This document shows, in pieces, positions 37,943-48,580 of a stretch of DNA of 64,000 bases (positions are counted from its first letter, which is position 1; each line of letters starts with the position of its first letter). Source of the DNA: Candidatus Eiseniibacteriota bacterium. Its GTDB lineage: Bacteria; Eisenbacteria; RBG-16-71-46. The stretch covers positions 32,001 to 96,000 of the forward strand of contig JBGAML010000001.1 in assembly GCA_044223005.1 (NCBI GenBank), given 5' to 3'. The position numbers were made by a program, and so were the translations under genes. The notes below the pieces were generated by a model that was not told the origin of the DNA, made no database searches, and worked only from the letters and a program-made list of their open reading frames with translations.

Positions 37943-39307
37943 TCAGGCGACGACGAGCTTGTCCGCGACGTCGAGCGCCTTGTCGATCGCGGCGAGGCCC
38001 TCGCGGATCTCGTCGTCGGTCGTGGTGCACGGCGGCGTCACCTGGAGCCGGTTGAAGTGCGCGAACGGCCACACGCCACCGGCCTTGCACGCGGTCATCA
38101 CCTCGACCATCGGCTTGGCCGCGGCGCCGCTGGCGTTGAACGGCACGAACGGCTCGCGCGTCTTGCGGTCGCGCACGAGCTCGATGGCCCAGAACACGCC
38201 CAGGCCGCGAACCTCGCCGACGCTGGGGTGCTTCTGCGCGATCTTCGCGAGCTCGGGGCCGATCACGTCGTTCCCCAGGTGCCGCGCGTGCTCGACGATC
38301 TTCTCTTCCTTGAAGATGCCGATGCTCGCCACGATCGACGAGCAGGCGAGCGGGTGGCCCGAGTACGTGAGGCCGCCGTGGAACGCGCGGTCTTTGAACG
38401 TCTCGGCGATCTTCCGGCTGATGATCACGCCGCCGACCGGGATGTACCCCGAGTTGGAGCCCTTGGCGAACGTGATCAGGTCGGGCACGACCTTCCAGCG
38501 GTCGACCGCGAACCACTCGCCGCAGCGGCCGAAGCCGGCCATGACCTCGTCGCAGATCATCACGATGCCGTGCTGGTCGCACAGCGCGCGCACACCCGCG
38601 AGGTAGCCGTCCGGCGGGACCAGGATGCCGTTGGTGCCGACCACGGTCTCGAGGATGATCGCCGCGATCGTCTGCGGTCCCTCGACCATGATCACGTCGG
38701 AGAGGTGCTGCAGCGCGCGCGTGCATTCCTCGGCGACGCTGCTCGAGTGGAACGCCGAGCGGTAGGGATACGGGCCCCAGAACTTGACCGCGCCCGCCGC
38801 GCCCGGCTCGTTGGCCCAGCGGCGCGGATCGCCGGTCAGCGTGATCGACGTGCCCGTCGCGCCGTGGTAGCTGCGATAGGCCGACATCACCTTGTGGCGC
38901 CCGGTGTGGCCGCGCGCGAGGCGCACCGCGTTCTCGACCGCTTCGGTGCCGCCGTTGGTGAAGAACACCATGTCCAGGTCACCCGGGGCGAGCTCGGCGA
39001 TCAGCCGCGCGGCCTCGCTGCGCATGTCGTTCGCGAAGCTGGGCGCGATCGTGCAGAGGCGGCCGGCCTGCTCCTGGATGGCCGCGACCAGCTTCGGGTG
39101 CTGGTGGCCGATGTTCACGTTCACGAGCTGGCTCGAGAAATCGAGCCACGTGTTGCCCTTGTCGTCCCACATGCGCGAGCCCTTGGCTCCCGCGATGACG
39201 ACGGGCGAGATCTGGCCCTGCGCGGACCACGAGTGGAAGACGTGGGCGCGATCGTTGGCGTAGGCGCTGGCGAGGTACGGCGAGACTTCGGTGGAGGTCG
39301 GGTTCAT
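37943..39307 (-). CDS. Class III PLP aminotransferase, probably beta-alanine--pyruvate transaminase
   Basis: HVFHSWSAQ, DFSSQLVN.N.GH, SYHG.T, DEVMAGFGR.G, FAKG, GLTYSGHPL; divergent from hydA-preTA. Confidence 0.88.
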   Translation of the reverse strand: MNPTSTEVSPYLASAYANDRAHVFHSWSAQGQISPVVIAGAKGSRMWDDKGNTWLDFSSQLVNVNIGHQHPKLVAAIQEQAGRLCTIAPSFANDMRSEAARLIAELAPGDLDMVFFTNGGTEAVENAVRLARGHTGRHKVMSAYRSYHGATGTSITLTGDPRRWANEPGAAGAVKFWGPYPYRSAFHSSSVAEECTRALQHLSDVIMVEGPQTIAAIILETVVGTNGILVPPDGYLAGVRALCDQHGIVMICDEVMAGFGRCGEWFAVDRWKVVPDLITFAKGSNSGYIPVGGVIISRKIAETFKDRAFHGGLTYSGHPLACSSIVASIGIFKEEKIVEHARHLGNDVIGPELAKIAQKHPSVGEVRGLGVFWAIELVRDRKTREPFVPFNASGAAAKPMVEVMTACKAGGVWPFAHFNRLQVTPPCTTTDDEIREGLAAIDKALDVADKLVVA

Positions 39308-39531
39308 GCGCCTATTGTGCACCATGCCCGCGGGCGCCGAACAGGGGTTCCGTGCGGCCGGCGGACGTGCGCGCGCATTCCCGGCAGCGGCCGTCACGCG
39401 GTCCCCGGCGCTCGTCGCCACGCGAAATCGCTCCCGCCGCGGCGGGGGCCGTTGTATCCTCCCCCGACTTCGCGGCCCCCTGCGGCCGCAGCGCTCCCCG
39501 GCGTGCCGCCGCGGACGATGGACGAACCCGA

Positions 39532-39576
39532 CTGCTGGGAGACACGGGTCCCGAGAGCCCCGACTTGGCCGGACAG
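39532..39576 (+). promoter_or_regulatory. Conserved leader motif, copy 2 (hydA operon)
   Basis: GGGAGACACGGGTCCCGAGAGCCCCGACTT closed by CTGCTGG/CCGGACAG pairing; small hairpin AGCCGA-CA-TCGGCT-TT precedes the RBS. Confidence 0.7.
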
Positions 39577-39600
39577 CCGACATCGGCTTTCGGAGGAATC

Positions 39601-41007
39601 ATGGGACTCATCATCCGGAACGGCGAGATCGTCACCGCCACCGAGCGCTTCGTCGCCGACGTGCGCGTGGACGGCGAGACGATCACGGACATCGGGACGC
39701 GGCTCGACGCGCGCACCGGCGACGAAACGCTCGACGCGGCCGGCCAGTACGTGCTCCCCGGCTTTGTCGACCCGCACGTGCACATGGAGCTGGGCTTCAT
39801 GGGCACCACCAGCGCGGACGACTTCGATCACGGCGGCGCCACCGGTGCGGCCGGCGGCACGACGACGTTCATCGACTTCTGCATGCAGGGCAAGGGCCAG
39901 TCGCTCACCGACGCGGTCGCCGCGTGGCACCAGAAGTCGTCGAAGGCGTCGGTCGACTACAGCTACCACATGGGCATCACGGACTTCGGCCCGAACACGC
40001 CCGCCGAGATGCGCGAAGTCGTCGAGAAGCACGGCATCACCAGCTTCAAGGTGTTCCTCGCCTACAAGGGCGCCCTCATGGTGGACGACGGGCAGCTCTA
40101 CCAGGTGATGCAGGAAGCCGGGAAGCTGGGCGCCGTCGTGACCGTGCACGCCGAGAACGGCGACGCGGTCTGGCACCTGCAGCAGGAGCTGCTCGCGCGC
40201 AAGTGCACGGGCCCCGAGTTCCACCCGGTCTCGCGCCCGAGCTCGGTCGAGGGCGAAGCCACCGAGCGCGCGCTGATGATGGCGCGCCTGCACGGCACCA
40301 CCGCCTACATCGTGCACATGACCTGCAAGGAATCCGTGCACGCGCTCGAGCGCGCGAAGCTCGCGGGCCAGCGCTGCTACGGCGAGACCTGCCCGCAGTA
40401 CCTGCTGCTCGACGACACGGTGTTCGACAAGCCCGACTTCGGGGGCTCGGCGTACGTCATGAGCCCGCCGATCCGGCCGGGGCACGTCGGGCATCACGAC
40501 GCGCTCTGGAACTCGCTCTCGAACCGCATGATGGACACCGTGGGCACCGACCACTGTCCGTTCACGCACGAGCAGAAGAAGATGGGCGTCGGCAACTTCA
40601 CGCGCATTCCGAACGGCGCCGCGGGCATCGAGGACCGGCTCGCGCTGCTCTATTCGTACGGCGTGCGCGGTGGCCGTTTCGGCATCGAGCGCATGGTCGA
40701 GCTCGGCAGCACGGCGCCCGCGCGGGTCTTCGGCCTGCGCAAGAAGGGCGCCGTCGCCGTGGGAATGGACGCCGACCTGGTGCTGTTCGACCCGAACGGC
40801 GAACGCGAACTGAGCGCGAAGACACACCACTCGCACGCGGACCGCAGCGTGTTCGAGGGTTTCAAGGTGTACGGACGCGTGGCCCGCACGCTGTCGCGCG
40901 GCCGCACGGTCTGGGACGGCAAGACGCTCACGACCACGCGCGGAACGGGCCGCTTCATCGCCCGCAAGCCCGAGCACTTCGCACACCACGCCGAAGTGAG
41001 GCCCTGA
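39601..41007 (+). CDS. hydA: Dihydropyrimidinase (D-hydantoinase)
   Basis: PG.VDPHVH, GGTTT.IDF, SFKVFLAYK, VHAENG, ETCPQYL, MSPP.R, TDHCPF, IPNG..GIEDR. Confidence 0.95.
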   Translation: MGLIIRNGEIVTATERFVADVRVDGETITDIGTRLDARTGDETLDAAGQYVLPGFVDPHVHMELGFMGTTSADDFDHGGATGAAGGTTTFIDFCMQGKGQSLTDAVAAWHQKSSKASVDYSYHMGITDFGPNTPAEMREVVEKHGITSFKVFLAYKGALMVDDGQLYQVMQEAGKLGAVVTVHAENGDAVWHLQQELLARKCTGPEFHPVSRPSSVEGEATERALMMARLHGTTAYIVHMTCKESVHALERAKLAGQRCYGETCPQYLLLDDTVFDKPDFGGSAYVMSPPIRPGHVGHHDALWNSLSNRMMDTVGTDHCPFTHEQKKMGVGNFTRIPNGAAGIEDRLALLYSYGVRGGRFGIERMVELGSTAPARVFGLRKKGAVAVGMDADLVLFDPNGERELSAKTHHSHADRSVFEGFKVYGRVARTLSRGRTVWDGKTLTTTRGTGRFIARKPEHFAHHAEVRP

Positions 41008-41053
41008 CCCCGCCACCGGCGGTGTCGCGACTTCCGAACCCCGAGGGGATCGC

Positions 41054-42388
41054 ATGAAGCCGGAAGCCGAAGGAGAAGTGCTGTCCGCCGCACGCCTCGA
41101 GCGCGCGATCGCGGATGCCAAGCCGGACTACACGCCCGCCGAAGCCGTGGCGGAGGCGAATCGCTGCCTCTACTGCCACGATGCGCCGTGCGTGCAGGCG
41201 TGTCCCACGGGCATCGACATCCCGACGTTCATCCGCAAGATCTCGACCGGCAACCTGCGTGGCTCGGCGCGGGTGATCCTGTCGGCGAACATGCTCGGCT
41301 ATTCGTGCGCGCGCGCCTGCCCGGTCGAGGTGCTGTGCGCGGGCGCCTGCGTCTACAACACCTGGCACCGCACGCCGATCGCGATCGGCCGCCTGCAGCG
41401 GCACGCGGTCGAAGCGGAGTTCAGGACGGGTGACGCGACGCGGCTCTTCTCGCGCGCACCCGCGAACGGCCACAAAGTCGCGTGCGTGGGCGCCGGCCCC
41501 GCCGCGCTCGCGTGCGCGGGCTACCTCGCGCTCGAGGGCTGCGACGTGACGCTCTACGAGAAGCGGCCCCTGCCGGGCGGGCTCAATACCACCGGCATCG
41601 CCCCGTACAAGCTGAACGTCGAGGGCGCGTTCGCCGAGATCGGCTTCGTGCGCTCGCTCGGCGTCACGTTCCGCGGCGGCGTCGAGGTGGGCAAGGACGT
41701 GCCGATCGCGTCGCTGCTCGAGCAGCACGAAGCGGTGTTCCTCGGGCCCGGCCTGGGCACCGACGCGCGGCTGCGGATCCCCGGCGAGGACGGCCCCGGC
41801 GTCTCGGGCGCGGTCGCCTGGATCGAGCGGCTCAAGCTCGAGCCGAACTTCGCGGTGAAGGGCATCACGCGCGCCGTGGTGATCGGCGGCGGCAACACCG
41901 CCATCGACGCCGCGCGCGAGTTGCGCCGCGTCGGCGTGGCCGAGGTGACGATGCTCTATCGCCGCACCGAGGCCCAGATGACCGGCTACGCGCACGAGCT
42001 GGAGCTCGCCCGCAAGGAGGGCATCCTGCTGATCGAGCGCGCGGTGCCGCAGGCGTTCGTCCGCGAGGGCGACGTACTGCGCGGCATCACGCTGGTCGAC
42101 GGCCGCACGTACGCCTGCGACCTCGCGCTCGTCGCGATCGGGCAGGCGCGCCTGCGCGAGCTGGCCGCCGCGTTCACGGGCGTCGAGGTGAACGACCAGG
42201 GCCGCATCGTGGCCGACCCGGTGACGGGCGCGACGGGCCATCCGCGCGTGTGGGCGGGCGGCGACGCGATCGGCGGCGAACTGCTGGTGACCGCGGCGCA
42301 GGACGGCAAACGCGCCGCGCGCGACATCGCGAGGGCGCTCGGACTGCCCGCGCGCCCCGACGCTCCCTTCAACGCCGGCCACCGCTGA
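41054..42388 (+). CDS. preT: Dihydropyrimidine dehydrogenase subunit PreT (GltD-like)
   Basis: EA.RCLYC.DAPC..ACPT.IDIP.FI, CAR.CP.E.LC.GAC, GAGPA.L, GGGNTAID; directly upstream of preA. Confidence 0.88.
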   Translation: MKPEAEGEVLSAARLERAIADAKPDYTPAEAVAEANRCLYCHDAPCVQACPTGIDIPTFIRKISTGNLRGSARVILSANMLGYSCARACPVEVLCAGACVYNTWHRTPIAIGRLQRHAVEAEFRTGDATRLFSRAPANGHKVACVGAGPAALACAGYLALEGCDVTLYEKRPLPGGLNTTGIAPYKLNVEGAFAEIGFVRSLGVTFRGGVEVGKDVPIASLLEQHEAVFLGPGLGTDARLRIPGEDGPGVSGAVAWIERLKLEPNFAVKGITRAVVIGGGNTAIDAARELRRVGVAEVTMLYRRTEAQMTGYAHELELARKEGILLIERAVPQAFVREGDVLRGITLVDGRTYACDLALVAIGQARLRELAAAFTGVEVNDQGRIVADPVTGATGHPRVWAGGDAIGGELLVTAAQDGKRAARDIARALGLPARPDAPFNAGHR

Positions 42389-42398
42389 GGAGACCTCC

Positions 42399-43733
42399 AT
42401 GGCTGATCTCTCCATCAACTTCGCCGGCATCTCGGCCCCCAACCCGTTCTGGCTCGCGAGCGCGCCGCCCACCAACTCGGGCGACCAGGTGATGCGCGCC
42501 TTCGACCTCGGCTGGGGCGGCGCCGTGTGGAAGACCCTGGGCGACCCGATCGTCGACACCAGCAGCCGCTTCGGAGCGCTGCACGTGGGCAACGAGCGCA
42601 TGGTCGGATTCAACAACATCGAGCTCATCACCGACCGGCCGCTCGAAGTGAACCTGCGCGAGATCCGCGAGGTGAAGCGCAAGTACCCGAAGCACGCCGT
42701 GATCGTGTCGCTGATGGTCGAGTCCAAGGAGGACTGGCGCACGATCATCAAGAAGTCGATCGACGCCGGCGCCGACGGACTCGAACTGAACTTCGGCTGC
42801 CCGCACGGCATGTGCGAGCGCGGCATGGGCTCGGCGGTCGGGCAGGAACCCGACGTCCTGAAGACCGTGGCGGGCTGGGCGATCGAGTTCTCGACCGTCC
42901 CGGTGCTGATCAAGCTGACGCCCAACGTGGGCGACATCCTCGAGCCCGGCGTCGCCGCGGTCGAGGCGGGCGCGCACGGACTGAGCCTCATCAACACCAT
43001 CAAGAGCATCGTGGGCGTGGACCTCGACAAGATGGTCCCCTACCCCGTCGTCGGCCAGCGTGCCACGAACGGCGGCTACTGCGGACCCGCCGTGAAGCCG
43101 ATCGCGCTGCACATGGTCAGCGCGCTGGCGCGCGACCCGCGCATCACGGTGCCGATCTCGGGCATCGGCGGCATCGCGACGTGGCGCGACGCGGCGGAGT
43201 TCATCGCGCTCGGCTCGACCAGCGTGCAGGTGTGCACCGCGGCGATGCACTACGGCTTCCGGATCGTCGAGGACATGATCGACGGCCTGTCGAACTTCCT
43301 CGACTCCAAGGGCATGAAGTCGGTGAACGAGCTGCGCGGGGCCGCCGTGCCCGCGTATTCGGAATGGGGCGACCTCGACCTCAACTACAAGGTCGCGGCG
43401 CACATCGACCCGGCCAAGTGCATCGGCTGCGACCTCTGCTACGTGGCCTGCCGCGACACCTCGGTGCACTGCATCCACGTCGGCGATCACCCGCTGCCCG
43501 CGGGACACCGCGCGCCGACGCGCGACGCCGCGAACGCCCGCGCGAAGGCGACGGGCGTGCACGTGCCGTGGGTGGACTGGGACGAGTGCACCGGCTGCAA
43601 CCTCTGCTCGCACGTCTGCCCCGTGCCCGGCTGCATCACCATGGCCGACGACACGCGCGGCAAGCCGTTCGAGAGCTGGAACGACCGCATCGCCAAGGGC
43701 ACGGACAAGGTCCCGGGCGGCCTGCACGACTGA
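42399..43733 (+). CDS. preA: NAD-dependent dihydropyrimidine dehydrogenase subunit PreA
   Basis: NPFWLASAPP, NNIELITDR, ELNFGCPHGMCERGMG, KLTPN, GGYCGPAVKPIAL, two C-terminal 4Fe-4S motifs. Confidence 0.95.
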   Translation: MADLSINFAGISAPNPFWLASAPPTNSGDQVMRAFDLGWGGAVWKTLGDPIVDTSSRFGALHVGNERMVGFNNIELITDRPLEVNLREIREVKRKYPKHAVIVSLMVESKEDWRTIIKKSIDAGADGLELNFGCPHGMCERGMGSAVGQEPDVLKTVAGWAIEFSTVPVLIKLTPNVGDILEPGVAAVEAGAHGLSLINTIKSIVGVDLDKMVPYPVVGQRATNGGYCGPAVKPIALHMVSALARDPRITVPISGIGGIATWRDAAEFIALGSTSVQVCTAAMHYGFRIVEDMIDGLSNFLDSKGMKSVNELRGAAVPAYSEWGDLDLNYKVAAHIDPAKCIGCDLCYVACRDTSVHCIHVGDHPLPAGHRAPTRDAANARAKATGVHVPWVDWDECTGCNLCSHVCPVPGCITMADDTRGKPFESWNDRIAKGTDKVPGGLHD

Positions 43734-43756
43734 AGCCCGCACGCGGAACGACACGA

Positions 43757-43788
43757 CGCGGCCTGGCGGAGCGATCCGCCGGGCCGCG
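43757..43788 (+). terminator. Hairpin after preA
   Basis: CGCGGCCTGGCGGA-GCGA-TCCGCCGGGCCGCG then GTTCGTT. Confidence 0.65.
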
Positions 43789-43862
43789 GTTCGTTGTGGG
43801 ACGCGTGGGCGGGGCCGGTTAGCATGGCGCGTCCGCATCGCAATCGACCGGAGGACCGTTCC

Positions 43863-46800
43863 ATGCTCCGCCCCCGCGCCGCCGTCACTGCCGCGCTGCT
43901 GCTCGCCGTTCTCGCCCCGGCCGCGCCCGTCCGCGCGGCGACGCCGCCGCTGGCCGCGGCGCTCCGCTGGCGCTGCGTCGGGCCGTACCGCGGCGGGCGT
44001 ACCGTGGCCGCGGTGGGTGTGCCGGGCCAGCGCGGGCTCTTCTACATCGGCGTCAACAACGGCGGCGTGTGGCGCACCGACGACTTCGGGCGCACGTGGG
44101 ACCCGATCTTCGACGGCCAGCCGACGCAAAGCATCGGCGCGATCGCACTCGCGCCGTCCGACCCGAACGTGATCTACGTCGGCAGCGGCGAGGGACTGCA
44201 GCGGCCCGATCTCTCCGTCGGCGACGGGATCTACCGCTCGGACGACGCGGGGCGCACGTGGCGCCACCTCGGGCTCGACGATGCGCAGCAGGTGCCGGCG
44301 ATCGCGGTGGATCCTCGCAATCCCGAGCGCGCGTACGTCGCGGTGCTCGGTCACCCGTACGGCGCGAATCCCGTGCGCGGGATCTACCGTACCCTCGACG
44401 GCGGCCGCAACTGGGAGCGCGTGCTTCACACCGACGACGACACGGGCGCGATGGACGTGGTGCTCGACCCGGCCGATTCGCGCACGCTGTACGCGTCGCT
44501 CTACGCCTCGCGCCAGGCGCCGTGGGAAGCGGGCTGGGCGCTCGCCGACCGCAACGGCGTCTGGAAGTCCGAGGACGGCGGCTCCACATGGCGCCACGTC
44601 ACGGCGGGACTGCCCACGCCCGCCGACGGGCTCGGCCGCATCGGGCTCGCCACCTGCGCGAGCGATCCGACGCGGCTCTACGCGATCGTGGGCGCCGACA
44701 AGGGTGGCGGACTCTATCGCTCGGACGATCGCGGTGAGCACTGGCGACTGGTGAACGACGACGACCGGCTGTGGGGACGCAACGGCGACTTCGACGAAGT
44801 GAAGGCCGATCCCTCGAACGCCGACATCGTCTACGTCGCCAACGTGGTGTCGTGGAAGTCCACCGACGGCGGTGACACGTTCCAGGCGTTCCGCGGGGCT
44901 CCGGGCGGCGACGACTACCATCGCTTCTGGATCGATCCCGCCGACCCGAACGTGATCCTTCTCGCCGGCGACCAGGGCGCGGTCATCACGGTGAACGGCG
45001 GGCGCACATTCTCGTCGTGGTACAACCAGCCCACGGCGCAGATGTTCCACGTCAACGCCGACGACGGCTTCCCCTACCGGCTCTACGGCGGCCAGCAGGA
45101 GAGCGGCTCGGCCGGCGTGTCGAGCCGCGGCGACGACGGCGCGATCACCGCACGCGACTGGCACCCCGTGGGCGCGGAGGAGTACGGCTACGCCGTACCG
45201 GACCCGCTGCACCCGGAGTGGATCTTCGGCGGCAAGATCACGCGCTACGACCGCCGCACGGGCGACGTGAAGAACGTCTCGCCCGATCCGCTCCGCCGCC
45301 AGCCGCTGCGCTGGGTGCGCACGATGCCGATCGCGTTCAACGCCGCGGATCCGCACGAGCTGCTCCTGGGCGCCAACGTGGTGTTCTCCACGCTCGACGG
45401 TGGCGAGCACTGGCGCACGATCAGCCCCGACCTGACGCGCGCGTCGTACGCGATGCCGCCGTCGGTCGGCGCGTTCGCATCGCAGGACCGCGAGCGCGGC
45501 GCGCATCGCGGCGTCGTGTACGCGCTGGCGGCGTCGCCGCTCGACCGCGACCGGATCTGGGCCGGCACCGACGACGGACTCGTGCACGTGACGCGCGACC
45601 ACGGCCGCACGTGGACCGACGTGACGCCGCCCGCGCTCACGCCCTGGAGCAAGATCTCGGTGCTCGAGGCCTCGCACTTCGATGCGAACGAGGCGTGGGC
45701 GGCGGTCAACCGCTGGCGGCTCGACGATCTCGCACCGCACATCTGGCGGACGCGCGACGGCGGCCGGACGTGGGACGAGGTCGTGAACGGCCTGCCCGCG
45801 GACGTGGTCGTGAACGCGGTGCGCGAAGACCCCGCGGTGCGCGGGCTGCTCTACGCGGCGACCGAGCGCGGCGTGTTCGCGTCGCTCGACGACGGCGGGC
45901 TCTGGCAGCCGATCGGCGGTGGGCTGCCGCCGAGCTCGGTGCGCGACCTCGTCGTGCACGGTACCGACCTCGCGGTCGCGACGCACGGGCGCTCGTTCTG
46001 GATCCTCGACGACGTCTCGCCACTGCGGCAGCAGGCGCAGGCGCTGGCCGCTCACGACGCGTACCTCGTGCGCCCGGCGCTCGCGACGCGCGTGCGCGGG
46101 AACCGCAACACCGACACGCCCGTGCCGCCGGACGAGCCCGCGGGCCAGAACCCGCCCGAGGGCGTCGCGATCGACTGGTACCTGCCGCACGCACCGCGGG
46201 GACCCGTGACGATCGACGTGCTCGATCGCACCGGCCGCCTCGTGCGCCACGTCGCGAGCACCGATCTCGTGCGCGAGCCCGCGACGCGGGGCGAGACACC
46301 GGGGTACTGGATGCGCCGCGAGGTGCCGATCTCCGGCGCCGCCGGCGCGCAGCGCTGGTGGTGGGACCTGCGCGAGACCGCGCCGCCCGCGCGCGAGCGC
46401 TCGTGGGGCATGAGCGCCATCGCGCACGACACGCCGTCGGACCCGCGCGGGCCGTGGGTCGTGCCGGGCACGTACACGGTGTGGCTCGGCGTCGACGGGC
46501 ACACGTTCGAGCAGCCGCTCGTCGTGCGCATGGATCCGCGCGTGCCGGTGAGCACCGCCGACCTCGAGACGCAGCATGCGCTCTCGCTGCGCCTGCTCGC
46601 GGTGTGGCGCGCGGATTCCGCGGCGGCCGACCGCGTGCACGCCCGACGCGCGGCGCTCACCGGAACGGATGCCGCGACCGATTCGCTGCGTCGCGATCTC
46701 ACCGCGCTCGAGGGGCGCAGCAGCGGCCCGTGGTGGGCGCGCGGCGGCGGCGGGAAGGACTTCGCGGCGCTCGCCTCGGACTGCCAACGCGCTCTCGACA

Positions 46801-46928
46801 CGATCCAGCGCAGCGATTCGGCGCCCACGCCGGCGCTCGCCGAGGCCGTGCCCGCGGCCGAACGCGCGCTCGCGGCGCTGCTCGAACGCGAACGCGTGCT
46901 GACCACGCGGGCGGCGTCGTCCCGTTAG
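43863..46928 (+). CDS. Secreted VPS10/BNR-repeat glycosyl-hydrolase-like protein
   Basis: Signal peptide, WR..GP.RGGR, many S.D.G.TW Asp-box repeats, NQPTAQ..HV, ATHGRSFWILDD. Confidence 0.9.
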   Translation: MLRPRAAVTAALLLAVLAPAAPVRAATPPLAAALRWRCVGPYRGGRTVAAVGVPGQRGLFYIGVNNGGVWRTDDFGRTWDPIFDGQPTQSIGAIALAPSDPNVIYVGSGEGLQRPDLSVGDGIYRSDDAGRTWRHLGLDDAQQVPAIAVDPRNPERAYVAVLGHPYGANPVRGIYRTLDGGRNWERVLHTDDDTGAMDVVLDPADSRTLYASLYASRQAPWEAGWALADRNGVWKSEDGGSTWRHVTAGLPTPADGLGRIGLATCASDPTRLYAIVGADKGGGLYRSDDRGEHWRLVNDDDRLWGRNGDFDEVKADPSNADIVYVANVVSWKSTDGGDTFQAFRGAPGGDDYHRFWIDPADPNVILLAGDQGAVITVNGGRTFSSWYNQPTAQMFHVNADDGFPYRLYGGQQESGSAGVSSRGDDGAITARDWHPVGAEEYGYAVPDPLHPEWIFGGKITRYDRRTGDVKNVSPDPLRRQPLRWVRTMPIAFNAADPHELLLGANVVFSTLDGGEHWRTISPDLTRASYAMPPSVGAFASQDRERGAHRGVVYALAASPLDRDRIWAGTDDGLVHVTRDHGRTWTDVTPPALTPWSKISVLEASHFDANEAWAAVNRWRLDDLAPHIWRTRDGGRTWDEVVNGLPADVVVNAVREDPAVRGLLYAATERGVFASLDDGGLWQPIGGGLPPSSVRDLVVHGTDLAVATHGRSFWILDDVSPLRQQAQALAAHDAYLVRPALATRVRGNRNTDTPVPPDEPAGQNPPEGVAIDWYLPHAPRGPVTIDVLDRTGRLVRHVASTDLVREPATRGETPGYWMRREVPISGAAGAQRWWWDLRETAPPARERSWGMSAIAHDTPSDPRGPWVVPGTYTVWLGVDGHTFEQPLVVRMDPRVPVSTADLETQHALSLRLLAVWRADSAAADRVHARRAALTGTDAATDSLRRDLTALEGRSSGPWWARGGGGKDFAALASDCQRALDTIQRSDSAPTPALAEAVPAAERALAALLERERVLTTRAASSR

Positions 46929-48580
46929 TCGAGCACCACGAATCGCACCGTGAGGGCGGCGCCCCGCTGCGCCAGGCGCGCGAAGTAGACGCCCGCGCGC
47001 GCGCCGCCCGTGGGCGTCCACGCGAGTTCGCGCGCCGGCGCGCCGGGTCCGACGAACGTGCGGCCCACGACACGGCCTGCGACGTCGCAGACCTCGAGCG
47101 TCGCGGGGGCGTCCGGAGCGAGAGCGAGCGCGAAGCGACGCGGACCGCTCGCGGGATTGGCCCCGAGCAGCTTCAGCGACAGCCCGCGCGGCACCGCCGG
47201 CGTCACGCCGAGGAAGCTCGCCGGCACGAAGCGCGCGAGCTTGAGTGCCGCGTAGGGCCAGATGCAGTTGTCGCTCACGGTCGTCGCGACGAGCGGGAAG
47301 CCCGTGCCGTCACCGTACACGGCGAGTGGCCCGGAGTAGTTGAGGCCGCCGCTGCCGCAGGGACCGTTGGCGACGATGCCCGGAAGCACGAGCGAGTTGC
47401 CCGCGGGCGCCCAGCCCGCGACGAGCGCGCGATCGGCGCCGAGGTGCGTCACGACGGAACCCCAGCCGACGAACACGCCGCCCGCACCGTCGGCACTCGC
47501 GACGAATGACTTCGTGGAGACCGGCGTGCCCGCCGGGGCTTCGAACACCGGCCCGGGCGCGCTCCAGCCCGCCACCGCCGTCCCCGTGGCGGAAAGGTGC
47601 GTGGCGTGCAGCGGAGCCGCCACGAATCCGCCCTGCGTCCATTCCATTCCGAACGCGTAGAGCCCACCGGCGCCGTCCGGGAAGACGCGCGTCTGGCCGA
47701 CGTCGTCGTCTTCGTCGTTGGCCACCGGCAGAGCGTTCACCGGCCAGCCCACCTGCATCGTGCCGTCGCTGTCCAGCCGGGCCGCGAACGTCCCGCCCGG
47801 GCCGCTCCATGTCACCCAGAAGTGGTCACCCTCCAGCGCCAGCGTCGACGCGACCGGCTGCTGGTTGGCGATCGGGAACGAAACCAGCGCGCCACCCAGC
47901 CACGCGGGATCGAGCGTGCCGCCCGGCAGCACGCGGAAGGTCCGGAACGTGTTGCTCGCATCGAGCGCGAGCACGATCGCGCGGCCCTGCGGATCCACGA
48001 CACACTTGACGAACGGTCGTATACCGTTCGCCGGCAGCGCGCTCGTGAGCGCGAGCCCCGAAGCGTTCCAGCCCGCGGGCGGCAGCGCATGGGGACCGAA
48101 ACGCAGCAGGCGCACCAGCGTGTCGGCGGTGGCGACCCACGCCCCCGACGTGCTGTCGGAGACCACGACTGGCGTGTGCATGGGCACGTCGGTGCCCAGG
48201 GCCGGCCAGGCGGGATCCGGATTGCCGCTCGCGAGCAGGCGCAAGAGCGAGCCGTACCCGGGCGTCGCGCCGAACGACGAGTAGCGGAACCAGCCGTCGG
48301 CTCCGTCGGCGAACGGCAGCGTGATTTCGGCCGCGGGATAGCCCGAGCCCGGAGTGGCGTCCAACCCCACGCGCCGCGCGAGGCGATAGGCGTACGTGTT
48401 GCGGTGGCCGAAGGAGTAGACGACGAGCCGTCCGGGCCCGTCGGGCTCGATCCGGACCTGGTCGTAGCTGCTGACGGTATTCGCGATCGGCACGCCCTCG
48501 ACGGGCCATGCGGCGAGGACGGTGCGCGGCGCGAGCGTGATCAGCGTGAACACCGCGGCGAGAAGGGCGAGCGGTCGCAT
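46925..48580 (-). CDS. Secreted repeat protein with C-terminal FlgD/sorting-like domain
   Basis: Signal peptide then AWP..G, repeats of G...GWP / DG.GG, tail GANP...DVAGR.V...AGVYFARL. Confidence 0.75.
   Translation of the reverse strand: MRPLALLAAVFTLITLAPRTVLAAWPVEGVPIANTVSSYDQVRIEPDGPGRLVVYSFGHRNTYAYRLARRVGLDATPGSGYPAAEITLPFADGADGWFRYSSFGATPGYGSLLRLLASGNPDPAWPALGTDVPMHTPVVVSDSTSGAWVATADTLVRLLRFGPHALPPAGWNASGLALTSALPANGIRPFVKCVVDPQGRAIVLALDASNTFRTFRVLPGGTLDPAWLGGALVSFPIANQQPVASTLALEGDHFWVTWSGPGGTFAARLDSDGTMQVGWPVNALPVANDEDDDVGQTRVFPDGAGGLYAFGMEWTQGGFVAAPLHATHLSATGTAVAGWSAPGPVFEAPAGTPVSTKSFVASADGAGGVFVGWGSVVTHLGADRALVAGWAPAGNSLVLPGIVANGPCGSGGLNYSGPLAVYGDGTGFPLVATTVSDNCIWPYAALKLARFVPASFLGVTPAVPRGLSLKLLGANPASGPRRFALALAPDAPATLEVCDVAGRVVGRTFVGPGAPARELAWTPTGGARAGVYFARLAQRGAALTVRFVVLD

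Noticed and set aside
42369..47021. Very long antisense or alternative-frame ORFs (1550 aa here; also 30467-34384 and 24276-27602)
   Set aside because: Arg/Ala/Pro-rich shadow frames of well-supported genes, expected at this GC content.
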